A DNA stretch of 53,786 nucleotides, taken from Gekko japonicus (taxonomy: Eukaryota). Positions 22,272 through 35,365 of this stretch are shown here, piece by piece. The notes under the pieces are model-generated. The model did not search any database, was not told where the DNA came from, and saw only the letters and a program-made list of their open reading frames with translations. Both the position numbers and the translations under genes were made by a program. Every line of letters starts with the position of its first letter. The first letter of the stretch is position 1. The stretch covers positions 678,338 to 732,123 of the forward strand of contig NW_015165855.1 in the NCBI RefSeq assembly GCF_001447785.1, in the 5' to 3' direction.

Positions 22272-24734
22272 CATGCCCTCATTCGCCTCACCATCTAATT
22301 TTTTCCCCCCATTAAACATCAGAGGATTATCGGAGTTTAAGCTGTTGAGGATATTTTCTGCTACTTGGACAGTTGGCTGCAGGAAAGTTAACTCATTTCT
22401 CCTGGATTCAGAAGACAGGCAGACCTGGTATGAATATGGCAAAGTTCCATCCTCATAATTGGGAGGAAAAATGGCACCAGTCTTCGCATCGGGAATAAAG
22501 CACTGAAGAAAGGTGGGATTCTTTGACTGTCGAAGTTTTATCATAATGGTCAGTGTTACTGTCACAAGGAATAGGAAGGACACCAAGGCCAAGGCCAGAA
22601 CCAAATAAAACTGGAGATCAGACTGATAGTCTGAGTCACTGGGCTGAGTGTCCATTTCTGGAAGCGCCTCTTGGAAGTTCTCAGCAAAGACGAGGTTCAG
22701 AGTCACGGTTGCTGAGAGAGGAGATTGTCCGTTATCCTTCACCATAATGACCAGCCTCTGCTTCACAGCTTCCCTCTCCAGTAATGCTCGGGCTGTTTTG
22801 ATCTCTCCTGTGTGGGACCCAATGGTGAAAAGAGAAGGTTCTGTGGCCTGCAGCAGGTGGAAAGAGAGCCAGGCATTGTGTCCAGAGTCAGCATCCACTG
22901 CCACCACTTTCGTCACCAGATAACCAGATTCAGCTGACCGAGGCACCATCTCAAACAAAGATGAACTTTCAGTCCCTTGGGAAGGATAGAGGATCTGTGG
23001 AGTGTTATCATTCATATCCAGAATACATACTCTCATTGTGGTACTGCTATTGAGGGAGGGGGAGCCTCCATCTTGGGCCTGCACTTGAATCTGGAACTCC
23101 CTGAATTGCTCATAGTCAAAGGAGCGCTGTGCATAAATGGTGCCAGTCTCAGAATTAATAGAGAGGTAGGAGGAGAGAGGCACGTCTTCAATGTTGCTCT
23201 TGAGGATTGAGTAAGTGATTTGTGCATTGTGATCCTCATCTGGGTCAGAGGCCTTGACACTGAAAATGGAAGATCCAGATGGGTTGTTCTCTGGCACATA
23301 GGCAGTATAGGAAAACTTTTCAAAGGCTGGAGGGTTATCATTGATATCCGAGATCTGTAGAGAGATGGTTTTGTATGTGGAGAGAGGAGGGATGCCCTTA
23401 TCTGTTGCTGTGATTGTAATATTGTATTCTGAAGCCCTTTCTCTATCAAGATAACTATCTGTGAGGAGTTTGAAATAATTATCTGAAGATGAAACTATTT
23501 GGAAAGGCACAAGGTCTCTAAATTGGCAAGTGACTTCCCCGTTCTCCCCAGAATCTGGGTCATGAACTTTGAACAAAGCAATAACGGTTCCAGGCATGGA
23601 GTCTTCAAGAACTGTACTGGATACAGAAGTAAGTACCACTTCTGGAGGATTGTCATTCACATCAAGAATCACAATCTCTGCTTTACAATATGACACTAAA
23701 CCACCTCCATCAGTAGCCTGAACTGTCAACATGTAAATTTGACTTTCCTCATAGTCTATCATCTCCTTAAGTGTAATGATTCCATCTCGGGGATTTAGGT
23801 TGAATTTCTGTCTCACTTTTTCTGGGATTTTGTTGAATGAATAAACAATATCAGCATTTGATCCTTCATCAAGGTCAGATGCTTTAACTTGCAACACAGA
23901 AGTTCCTTTGGGTGCATTCTCTTTCAGGTTCACCTTATAGACAGTTTGGGTGAAGATAGGCATATTGTCATTAGTATCAATAACTGTTACCAATATGTTG
24001 GTGGTTCCAGTTTTTGCTGGCTTTCCACCGTCCAGAGCTGTAAGGACCAAGTGGAGTGTATGTTCTTTTTCCCTGTCCAGTTGTTTCTGCAATATTAAGT
24101 CTGCATATTTATCACCATGTTCATTCTCTTTAAAATCTAGTTTGAAATAAGGAGTTGAGCTCAACTGGTAAGTCTGGAGGGAGTTGATCCCAATGTCATC
24201 ATCTTCAGCATTTCCAAGGGAAAACTGAGCTCCTGGTGGGCTTGATTCACTAACTTTAAGTATGATATTTTCTTCTTGGAAATGGGGGGCATTATCATTG
24301 ATATCATCAATGAAAACATGTATGTGGAAGATATTCATAGGATTATGCACAACAGCCTCTAATTTTAGGACACAAGAGGGTGATTTCCCACAAATTTCTT
24401 CCCGGTCTATCCTCTCATTCACATACAGGTTGCCATTTTGTTCATTAAGAGTGAAATATGGCTTTTCTGAAGAAATACTGATCTTGCGTTTTGATAGCTC
24501 TCTTGCATCCAATCCCAAATCTTTGGGAAGATTCCCCACAACTGATCCCTTTTCTGTTTCTTCCAGAACTGAATAGCGAACCTGCTCAGACCTCACCCGA
24601 CAGAAAAAAGACAAGAATATGCACAAAAAGAGTACTTGCCTCTTGATCTCCCTTGTTCTTTCTGTGTGTTTAATTTCCATCACCCTCATTTTCAGAGCTG
24701 CCTTTCCAGAGTCTAATATTTGTAAGCAATCCAT
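22272..24734 (-). CDS. PCDHGB: Protocadherin gamma-B variable exon (821 codons)
   Basis: ORF 22236..24734 with six ECs, TM and [13 protein letters not shown] tail. Donor ATG|GTGAGT at 22272/22271. Confidence 0.93.
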
Positions 24735-24914
24735 CGCTTGGCTGTAAGAAAACTGAAATTTAGTTCTTATTACCTGATGGCCCCGAGAAAGGAAGAGGAT
24801 TTCAATTCTGGGGGAGCTTTTAAAATAAAGCAGTTTCCTTCTTCTTTCCTTTTCTGTGTAACAGACGGATAATACTGCAGGAGCCTCAACTAATGATCTA
24901 ATATTATTCCCATC

Positions 24915-24954
24915 TTGTCCAACAGCGACACTCTGAGTTCACTGGGAGAACAGC
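24915..24954 (-). promoter_or_regulatory. CSE/CTCF promoter element, gammaB-type
   Basis: Minus strand GCTGTTCTCCCAGTGAACTCAGAGTGTCGCTGTTGGACAA. Core at 24923-24927, 189 bp from the ATG. Confidence 0.88.
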
Positions 24955-26534
24955 TCTTCCCTGCTTTTTCTGCTCAATCTGTTTAGCATATATTCCATCA
25001 AATGGACATGTTTTCAAGATGTAAAGTTCCAGACAGATATTCATGCTTTTATTAAGGAGAGATCCATAGACTTTCCACTTCACAGCCTAGTTGACTGTAT
25101 GTTGGTTGCAGTGTACACAGCAGAAAACATGGCACTTCTGGATTTCTTAGTAACATATGGTATTTCTATTAAGTTTTAAAATATGCACAGGAATGTAGCA
25201 CAAGGAGAGACCATTAAAATTAATATACCTAGAAGATATACACTTACAAGAAATATAGCTTGTGAAAATTGCAATTTGATGAACCAGATTTTTGAGCAAC
25301 AAATACATCAGATGATATATGCTATCTATACATTTAAACTATAATATTTTTTCAAAGAGATTTGGGATGTCAAGGAAGTTATAATGACAGAGATCCTTTG
25401 AGATTCCTGCAGTTTGAGAAAGTGAGTAAAGTGGGCATCTTGTTCATTGCCAAGCACACTGTAAGAATATTCAGCTGCAGTTTTATAATATCTGACATGA
25501 AGTGCAGTCCTAAATTCAGATCTAAACTCAGTTGCGTTCAATGGAACATTTCCTTGTAACTGTATATAGGATTGTTGCATAAAGCATCACATACATTTCC
25601 TATTTTCTAAGTATTTCTCATTAGCTGCTTAATTCTAAAAAATAAAATTTCAGCAGTTGTTGTACATAATTTTATCTACTCTTTAGCAATAAAAAATTTA
25701 AATCTGAAGTACAGAATCTTGAAAAAAAAACACAGTACATTGTGAAAAATTTTTAAACGTGAAGTTCAAGTTCCTATTGAGAAATAAGGGGGGAAATTGT
25801 TAAACATCATGGGTAGAAAATGAGGATTGATGGAGAGAAAACACACACCCTACAATTCAGTTCACAGACTCCAAGTTTTTAGGAACATGGAAGGAAGTAC
25901 CCAATACTCCATTTAAAAAAATGAAAGATTGTCATTACAAGAAGGGAGGGGGGATGCTCTGTTGAAGACATCCAGTTGTTTGGTTTTACTTTACCTCTCA
26001 TGGTGCAACCTACCACCATCTTCCTAAAATAACTTTCCAATATGTATTTATTGCTCATGTGCAATAATCAATTTAAAAACAAAAGCACACACACACAAAT
26101 ATGCAGACATTACACAGTCCAGCACATGAAATAATCTAAATTACTGAAAACAGATAAAAATAAAAACATGAAAAGCATCATCATAACTTTTTTTAAAAAA
26201 ACCCAACAGCAAGAATAGAAAGGTAGGAGGGGGTAGATAAAATTCTGTGGGGGGTGGGGACAGACACAGTTACAAAGATGCTCAGGAAAATAAAGATGTT
26301 TTCACACAGTGCCTAAAAGACTGCAAATCTGGTCCTATGTGATAAACAGTGGACAAGGCATTCCATACTCTTGGTGCCAAAAGAGGACCATCTCTGTGCT
26401 CATCCTCCTTGATTCTTCCATTGGGGGCACTCAACATAGGTGCCAAGGACATGATTCTAAGCAGTGGATAGAGTCATGGGCGAGAAGGCATTCCTTTAGA
26501 TACCATAGTTCCACACGGTGTAGACCGAAATAGA

Positions 26535-26878
26535 TAGGGTTGCCAAATGGATTTTGGCCGGGAGCAGGGGGCTCCCGGCTGGCGTCTAAATCGTGCGCGC
26601 GTGCGCGTCACCCAGAAGTGACGTCGCACGTCACCCAGAAGTGACGTCGCACGCGGGGCCATGCCATTTGAGGGGGAAACAAAGCGTTTTCCCCTCAAAT
26701 GGCAGCCACTCTTTGTTTTCCCCTCAAATGGTGTGGCCCCGCCCCCAGCATGCGACGTCACTTCCGGGTGGCGCGCACGCGGGGGTGGGGTTTCCCCCGG
26801 GCCCTGATTCCACGGGAGTGGGAATCGGGCCTTGAAAGCGGGGGGAAATCCGCCCCCTGGGGGGATTTGGGAACCCTA
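26535..26878. mobile_element. Young CpG-rich hAT-type MITE (344 bp) inserted in the L2 relic
   Basis: TIRs TAGGGTTGCCAA and TTGGGAACCCTA. Perfect 8-bp TSD GAAATAGA (26527-26534 and 26879-26886). Internal tandem CGTCACCCAGAAGTGACGTCGCA x2. Confidence 0.88.
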
Positions 26879-27479
26879 GAAATAGATAATAACCAGCATA
26901 AAAAAACTGACAGCCAGCAAAAATCTTCCCAAATGGATAAGATGTGGTCCCTATAACTGACTTCTGCAACCAGCTTTACTGCTATATCCCCAAAATATTT
27001 AATATTCTAAACAGGCTTCAAAGGTATCCCTATGCAGACTACACTGCAATTAGCAATGTAATCAATGCACGGACAATCAAATCACCTCTCTCAAGGGCAG
27101 GTCTCAACTGACACACCCTCTGAAGCCAGTTAAAGGTACCATATAAAGACAAAGGAGACCCGTGCTTCTAATTCTAGGGTTGGGTCTCACAGCACCCCAA
27201 GCCTGAAATTGCTCCTGAAGAGAAAGGGAACTCATGACCAGTACAGGCCTACTCTACAAATTCCCACTGGCAATATTATCAACAAATAGCACCTCAGTCG
27301 TATCTGGAACAAACTTACTGGCTTTCATCTAGCTTTCCTCTTTATTTGCAATAAAGGAGAATAAAACTGACCTACTTAGCAACTCACTGAGGACTGCAAT
27401 CAAGTAATGGATGTAGAGTGATTCGATAATACAATAGGATATACATGTAAATTTACTTAATATTATTTCTCTATTAAGG

Positions 27480-27830
27480 GTTATAGGACCTTACAAGTCC
27501 CCGCAGTTAAATCCCGTTCAAAAGGTTGGGGTTCTGGAGGATTGGCAACTTTTATAACAGTAGATTTGGATGTTGAACTACAAGTATTGGAAAACAGTTG
27601 CCCGAGTAATTTTCAAACCATACTAATCAAAGGTTTTAATTTTGGTAATGTTATATGAATTAATGTGTATATTCCTCCAAATAACTCTAAGTATAAGCCT
27701 ATCGGAAGTTCCTGGGATTCTCTGGGAGCCTCCATTGAAGTCTTAACTTCCCAGTTTCCCAGTTCACATTTTATACTAGGCGGTGACTTCAACGCCAGAA
27801 CTGGAGCAGGCACCTTAGACACAAGAGCTA
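27480..27830 (+). mobile_element. LINE AP-endonuclease fragment
   Basis: Peptides GWGSGGLATFI, INVYIPP and FILGGDFNARTG are APE-domain motifs of non-LTR ORF2. Confidence 0.7.
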
Positions 27831-28122
27831 GTATGAGCTCTCTAATTGCTGCTCATATTTAATATTATTTACAAAACTTTCTTTCAGCAAGACAGAAGCA
27901 CTGAAAAGCCTTTTAGTTCATGTGCAGTTCTGAGATAACAAGGGAGTTTTTACTGATGAATCTTAAAAACTAATTCAAAGAAATCCACAGACACGGCTCT
28001 ATGAATAAGAACAGAAACACTCAGGTTTCTTCATTGATCTTCAGGGTAACAAACGGAACAATCCAATGAGAAATCCCTCCCAAGATTAATACAGTAAATG
28101 AAAATCATATTCAACAACTCAC

Positions 28123-30510
28123 CTGGACTACTTGGTCTCCATTGTTAAGATTTAAATCTTCAAAAGTTAGGATAGGATCATTTGTGTCACAGGTCTGTTG
28201 ACTACAAAACTGGTTTTTCCTAGAGTCTGTGGTGAGAGAAACCTCTTGACAATAAGAGTGAAGAAAAGCTCGCACGCCATCAATACCCACAAACTGTGAG
28301 ACTGGAACCCCATTGAAATTCATACTCCCAGAATGACACAGCTGAGAAGTTCTCCATCTGTACACCCTGATGGCCAACAACACAAGGAGGAAGGTGAAAA
28401 ACAAGCAGGAGACAAAAGCCACAGCAACCACCAGGTAGAAGGTGAGGTCCGACTGGGGGTCTGCAGGAGCTGAGATGCTGCTAATATCAGAGAGGCTTTC
28501 AGGGATGCTGTCGGCCAACACCACAGTGACCGTGACTGAGGCAGAAAGAGGGGGTTGCCCATTGTCCTTCACTAAAACCACCAGGCTTTGCCTGAGAGCA
28601 TCCTTGTCCAGAAAGAAGCGGGCTGTCCTGATCTCTCCAGTGTGTAGTCCTATGGAGAAGAGCCCTGGCTCTGTGGCCTTGAGTAACTGATAGGAGAGCC
28701 AGCCATTCTGGCCAGAGTCTGCATCCACTGCCACCACTTTAGTGACTAGGTATCCAGGCTCAGAAGAGTGAGGAGCCAACTCGACTCCAGTGGAGCCATC
28801 AGTGGGGGTAGAAGGGTACAAGATCTGGGGGTCATTGTCATTCTGATCCAGGATGAAGAGAGTCACTGAGACATTGGAGCTGAGTGGTGGGGAGCCTCCA
28901 TCTTGGGCCTTAACCCAGAAGTTGATCTCCCGTATCTCTTCATAGTCAAAAGAGCTCAGTGCATAGACAACACCACTTTCAGAATTAATAGAGAGGTATG
29001 ATGACAGAAGAGATTGAACGTGTCCAGTGATGGTGGAATATGTTATTCTGGAATTCTCTTCCCAGTCAGGATCATTTGCTCTAAAGGAAAAGATGGAGGC
29101 CCCTCTCAAATTATTCTCGAGGAGATAAGTTGTATATGCTGATTCTGCAAAGAGGGGAGGATTGTCATTTGTGTCTAAAAGGCTCAAACCTATCACAGTT
29201 GCTGTTGAAAGAGGAGGGATCCCATGGTCAGTAGCTGTGAGGGTGATACTGTAGGATGCCACTTGTTCTCTATCCAGGACGCCATCTGTCACCAAACTGT
29301 AAAAGTTATCCATGGATTTTTTCAGCTGAAAAGGGAGGCTTGGATCTATGGAGCATGTGATCTCCCCATTGCTTCCTGAATCACTATCTTGCACATTTAG
29401 AATGGCAACAACAGTTCCAATTGGTGAGTTCTCGAGGATGTGACTGGTGAGATAGGTTACCTCTAATTCAGGTGCATGGTCATTCAAATCCATAATGAAA
29501 ATCACAACTTTTGATTTGTCACTCAGGCCTCCCCCATCTTTGGCTTGTACCTCAAATTCATATAAGGATGAATCCTCATAATCAAGGTTTCCTGCAAGAG
29601 TTATTTCACCAGTTGTAGAATTAAGGATAAATGTCTGAAAAATTTTATTTGTAATTTTATGGAATAGATATTTTATCTCCCCATTAATTCCTTCATCTAG
29701 ATCAACTGCTGTTACTGTAACTATTGTGGACTCTTTAGGAATATTTTCTGTGACTGATGCTTCATAGACAGTTTGGCTGAAAACCGGAGCATTGTCATTT
29801 GCATCTAAAACAATTACGTGGATTTGAGCAGTGCCAGATCTCATGGGATCTCCCCCATCAGAAGCTATGAGGATCAGATCATGAACTGATTGTTCCTCCC
29901 TGTCCAAAGGTTTATCCAACAGCAATTCAGCGCGTCTAATGCCATTTTCATCCACTTGGACTTGCAGAGAAAAATGGTTACTCCCTATGAGTTGGTAGCT
30001 CTGCACTGAATTTATACCTAGATCTGGATCTTCAGCTTGAGGAAGGTCAAAATGGGACCCCAATGCAGATGTCTCACTGATTTCCAGCTTCTCTTCCCAT
30101 GGAGGGAAGTGAGGATCATTATCATTAATATCTAGAATTTCCACTACTATTCCATAAATCTTTAATTTCCTCTCAATAATAACCTGAAAATTCAAGGTAC
30201 ACTTCTCTGCTTGTCCACAGATCACCTCTCTGTCTATCCTCTCTGAAGTTTGTAAAATGCCACTGTTGAAGTTCAAAGCAAAATACTGAATCGTACCTGT
30301 CCTGGTAACGATCCGGAGTCCATATTCTGAAAGATGCTTTCCATCCATTCCTAGATCTTTTGCAATATTCCCCACAAAGGAGCCTTTCTGCATCTCTTCA
30401 GGAATGGAATAGTGAATCTGCCCGGAAACTGCCTTCCACACAAGCAGTGTGATTAGGTATTGTAGGGTGCCTTTGTTGATGCTGCTCCATTGCTCCTGTG
30501 TTTCTCCCAT
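28123..30510 (-). CDS. PCDHGA: Protocadherin gamma-A variable exon (796 codons)
   Basis: Within ORF 28111..30558. ATG of MGETQEQW at 30510, six ECs, TM, gammaA tail. Donor CAG|GTGAGT at 28123/28122. Confidence 0.93.
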
Positions 30511-30716
30511 CTCCTTACAGCAAGGTAAGGGATTCTTGTTCTTCTGGTTCTGATTCAAAGGAAAGGAGGTCCCTCTAGATTATTTGTAAAATAAATGCTG
30601 TTACTGTTTCATTCCCTGTAATGCCAGTTCAGGTCTGATTTCTCCGCTATTTTGTTCTTGTGTCTTCAACTGCAGTGCTTCATTAACTGGATCTTTTAGG
30701 GGAAAAACATTTCCTT

Positions 30717-30758
30717 ATTGGTGAACAGCGACACCCAGAGTCCCAAATGGAAACTACA
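30717..30758 (-). promoter_or_regulatory. CSE/CTCF promoter element, gammaA-type
   Basis: Minus strand TGTAGTTTCCATTTGGGACTCTGGGTGTCGCTGTTCACCAAT. Core at 30726-30730, 216 bp from the ATG. Confidence 0.88.
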
Positions 30759-32269
30759 AATATAAAATACATAGTGAATTTCCATGAACCAATCCTTTTT
30801 TTACTAAAGGAAATGCTTTCGAAGCCCCAATAGTACCTGTCTAATTTTAGTGATGAAAAAAATCTTACCAATCCTTTGTCTAGATTAGAAATGGCTCTGC
30901 AGAAAAGCATGTAAAATGATGGCATGGTTCTGTTTATGTTGCCTTACTTGTCTTGTTTCTCAGAAGTAACCCATCGGCCCTCACAGGATTCTAAGATACT
31001 GGAGTAGTAACTGGGCATAAAATCTCTGCTATCCTGAAATGTAGATGGATCCGCTGATGTAGTGTAATGTAATTTGATGTAATTTAATATTATCAGGTTT
31101 TAAGGACACAAGATAATGAGATCAGCTGTGCTGAATCAGATTAATGGTCTGCCTCATCTAGCATCCTATTTCATGTAGTGGCCAAGCAGATGCCCATGAA
31201 AGGCTTATTTCCATGGAAGTGCTTTGGAGTATCTGGGATGAACTTTTGTGCTTATACATCATTTATGAGCATGTGTTGTCCACATATGTAAGAAGATATT
31301 TTGATGGGAAATTACATAAATAAGCTTTTGCTTATCGGGACTTTCTTTCTACTTTTTCCCTCGATAACTTCAGCTAGATACATCCTCACGTTTACCTTCC
31401 TTTGCAAGTGAACCAGATATGAAATAAATATGTATACTGCATGTGTTACTGTCAGATGAATGATCAAAGACAGGACAGCAGCTGATAAAGGGAGGTATAA
31501 AAAAAGGAGAAGGGAGGGTGGAATACAAAAAGCAGTGCAGGAAAAGCAATGGAAAATACAAACAAGTATGGGACTAGAGCTTGTTGGGGAAGGTGAGCTA
31601 TCCATGAGGGAAGCAGGGGATGCTGGCCCTTTGGATCAAATGGGCACTGCCCCACCAAGCTTAGCTGTCCCCTGGCCCACCTGCTTGCTTCTTCACTTAC
31701 CACCAGCTGGAGGGATGGAGGGCAACTATATGGTCCCAGTCTTGTCTTTGTGGAACTTGGAAGTAAATCTCTCCCTTGAAAACATCACATGTAGAACTTT
31801 TCCTTCTCAAAAAGGCAGGTGGTGAGGAACGAAAGGCACTCCATGGGCAGAGACAACTGGATACTTAGAAGCAGTCCTGCAATTACTTATCACCCTCAAG
31901 CAACTGGTGACAGCCTAGGAGGCATGCGCTCTGCCTTCTTTCTTGAAGCTCTGCTCTAAGCTTTCACCATCTCCTTCCGCAGAGCATGGGTGACGCGGGA
32001 GGACTGATAGTAACCATCTGGCCTTCATCTGTTGAGACTGGGCTGGAATGTGCTGGTGAGTCAGCATCACCTGTTTTCAATGAGCCAGTCTTCAATTTTT
32101 CTTGTGTGCTGGTTTCTGCCGATTCACTGCTGCTTCCCTAAAGTTCAGTTTCACCCGAGCAAACCCCTTCTCTTAAAGCATCCTGTTTGTTGCTCTGTTC
32201 CAACTGGAGGTCAAGCTGGGGTTCAGGCTGACGCATGACGATTCCCCATTTTTTCCTCCTCCCACATGC

Positions 32270-33510
32270 TATGTTCCTCCCCCACCTCCAACACGTTCTG
32301 TGCCAACTTTTTAAAATCAATAGTTTGTATATTACTATAGTCTAAAAAAAACCTTCTAATTAGCATACAAATCATATATAATGACCTTGCAAAAAATATC
32401 AAACACATATATACAAAAACAGTCACTGATTTCATTACCACTCAGAAATACATAGGGTACAGCCTGAAAGTTATCATTCCAATACATGATGAACACTGAC
32501 CATTACTCTAATAATCTATCAGAGGCATTATGCAGACTGTTCTTCAATCAACAGTGGATTTTATTTTTATAGCATGTTGCTTCTACACAAAATTTAGCTG
32601 TTATTAACAAAATAAGGAAAATGTCTATGTCTAATTCTTCCCCCATCCCTCTCAGCTACCATAGTAATATTTCTTTAGGATTCATAGTTAATAATCTGTC
32701 ATATTATACAAATCTCATTTATAATACAGACCAAAACCTTTTAATCTGTGGACAATTCCAAAATATGTGAAGATCCATCTTGTTAGCCTTACACCTCCAA
32801 CCTATGTCTACAGAATTAGAATAAATCTTTGATATGATACAAGATACCACAGAAACTGTATTTTGATAAAGCTTTCCTTCACGTTTATTGACATTAATCT
32901 TGACCAAACATTTCTCCAAATCTAGTGTCAGTTTGTGGTATCTCTAGTGCAATATCTTTTCCTCATACAGTCATGAAAATGATCTAGATTCAACAACATT
33001 AGACAGTATTCAATACTATCTTATTAGATAAGCCATCCTCCATCGTTCTCACAAGCTCTGTCTTACTTTTTAATATGGACAGTTCTCATCTATTCAAATC
33101 AAATATGGTGAAGTTACAAACAATGAAAAATTATAGGTCTTCTGTCCATTATTTCTATAATTTTCTCATATGATAGGAAATGCCCATCTCTAAAAAGATC
33201 CTGTTAAGTAGTCAACTTATATACATCTCCCACAGCAAAAGAGTCAAGTAAGTGTTTGTTACAAAAAACCGACAAACCCAGATGTAAAACTGCTTTCTTT
33301 CCTTTTCTTTCTACACTAGAAGCTCATTGATATATAATCTCGAGCAGCTGAAAATTTCTAGATGTTCTATTTGGAAACAATAAAAAGACTGATACAGGAC
33401 TGAAACTGTTCCCAAATTATGATGGTCTTTAGGTAAGGTAACCTGAGGACCTCTATATCATTCTTAAAATCAAACTAGGCTACTTAATGAAGGATTCTAA
33501 CAGGATTCCA
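32270..33510 (-). mobile_element. Ancient L1/Tx1-like ORF2 3' relic (uninterrupted paralogue of 17890-20115)
   Basis: ORF 32719..32919 contains WRC...HIFWNCPQI..FW. No CR1 at the equivalent site. Confidence 0.6.
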
Positions 33511-33680
33511 GTAACAAGTAACAAACCAGTCACCTAGTTCTGATAGCCTAGCAACCTTATAATACGTTAACAATAGAGATATTAAAAACTTTTTCTGTTG
33601 GTTAATAAAGGGTTTTCATCATGATTCTAGACGGTTTATCCATCCCTATAAACTTCAGGAGCAGTTTTGCCACATATCGA

Positions 33681-34127
33681 GGCCCCCCATCACACTGGGG
33701 GGAAAGGTGCAGCTGAAGTGTGGCTTTTTTGAGCCGCATCAAAAGAGAAGCGCGGCGGCGGGATCAGACAGATCCCCCCAGCCGACGCGCAGTTCCTCCC
33801 CGGCATGATCAGATGCCAGGGGGAAGCCACGGACCGGAGAGCGAGGCAAGCCCACTGCGCATGCATGTGCATGTGCAGTTTGGCAGGACCTCGCATGCTG
33901 CGGGAGAGACAGGCGTGCCAGCGATCACACGGCCGCCCCTGCTGCAGCTTTTCTGGTAAGTACTAGTGTTTTGTAGGGGGGGTGGTTATCCGCATCTTCG
34001 GCCGGAAGAGACGGATCGGGGAAGGGTGCGTGCCGCTTCCCAGATGCTGCGGTGTGATCGCGCCTGCTTGATGCCCCCCCCTGATCCGTCCCTCTTGCAG
34101 ATCAAAGCCTCCAGTGTGACCAGGGCC
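33681..34127. mobile_element. CpG-rich MITE, PIF/Harbinger-like
   Basis: Imperfect TIRs ggccccccatcacactgg and ccagtgtgaccagggcc. No clean TSD seen. Confidence 0.6.
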
Positions 34128-34199
34128 TATAACTGCCTTCACAATCAAAAGACTATTCAGGAATAAAAACAATAGTATTGGCAATACATTAATCTTTAT

Positions 34200-35365
34200 T
34201 AGGGGTGGGCACAAACAGGGAAAATGTGTTTGGTTCATGGTTCGTGGCCAACCCACAAACCAAACCAGGAGGTCTGTTTGCGAACTGAATTGGTTCTTTG
34301 CCCTGCAAACCTCATTGAAAGGGACCGCAGTCCATTTAAATGGGGTTTGCAGAAAGCTGCTTGCTCCCCACGGCTCAGCTGTTTTTGGTTGTCTTGTGCA
34401 GTCTCTTTAAACTTTAAAATATCTTCAAGAAACAGCCCAAAAATAGCTGAGCTGGTAGGAGCAGTCTCCCTACTGCCCCAGCTTTGGGCTCCCTTGCACA
34501 ACCCCATTTACAGGGGCTGTACAAGGGAGCCCAAGACAGCTGCCCCAGCGGTGAGACTTTTCCCTGTCAGCCCAAGACAGCTGAGACACTATGGAGACTT
34601 CCCCCTGCCGGCCCGGCTTCAGGCTTGCACAGCTCAGATATCTTGGGCTCCCTCGCGCAGCCTCCCTTGGGCTCCCTCGCGCAGCCTGATGCTAGGCTGG
34701 CAGGAAGAAGTCTCCCTGCGGGCTCAGCTGTCTTGGGCTCCCTCGCGTAGCCCCTTTAAACGGGGCTGCATGAGGAAGCCTGAAGCTGGGCCAGCAGAGA
34801 GATTTCTCCCTGCAGGCTCAGTTCCATTGGGCTCCCTTGTGCAGTCTCTATTAAAGGGGCTTTGCAGGAGAGCCTGAAGCTGAGCCAGTGGGAAGACTTC
34901 TCCCTGCAGGCTGTGCTCTATTGGGCTCCCTTGTGCAGCACCTTTAAACGTGCCCGTTTAAAGGGACTGCACAAGAGAGCCCAAAACAGCTGACTGGTGG
35001 AGAGACTGCTCCCCGCCTGCTCATCTCATCTCTTTTTCGAGCTGTCTTCTGCAGACCCTTTGAAATTTAAAGGGACTGCATAAGGCAGCCTGAAACAGCG
35101 GAGTGGCGGGAACGTCTCTCCACCACTCAGCTGTTTTTGCAGCTTTCTCTGGGAACAGAAAGCAGGGGTTTAAAGGGACTTGGAGTCCCTTTAACCCTTG
35201 CTTTCTGCTCCGTCCACAAACCATGCCATGAACTGCCATGAACTGCTTTAAAAAGTTGTGGACGTTTGTGAGGGTAGACCTGTCACAAACTTCTATTCGC
35301 AAACCATGAACAGAGCCAAATCCGTAATGAATTTTGCTTTGTGGTTCAGCTCACGCCTATCCCTA
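34200..35365. mobile_element. Non-autonomous hAT element (1166 bp) with internal repeats
   Basis: Termini TAGGGGTGGGC and GCCTATCCCTA. Perfect 8-bp TSD ATCTTTAT (34192-34199 and 35366-35373). Repeated TTGGGCTCCCT units inside. Confidence 0.85.

Noticed and set aside
26606-26655. CRISPR-like short direct repeats (also 34480-34995)
   Set aside because: Eukaryotic context, no unique spacers or cas genes, and the repeats lie inside TSD-flanked MITEs.
34224-34877. 217-aa ORF with WAPSRS repeats
   Set aside because: Chance reading frame through the internal repeats of the hAT element; no transposase motifs.
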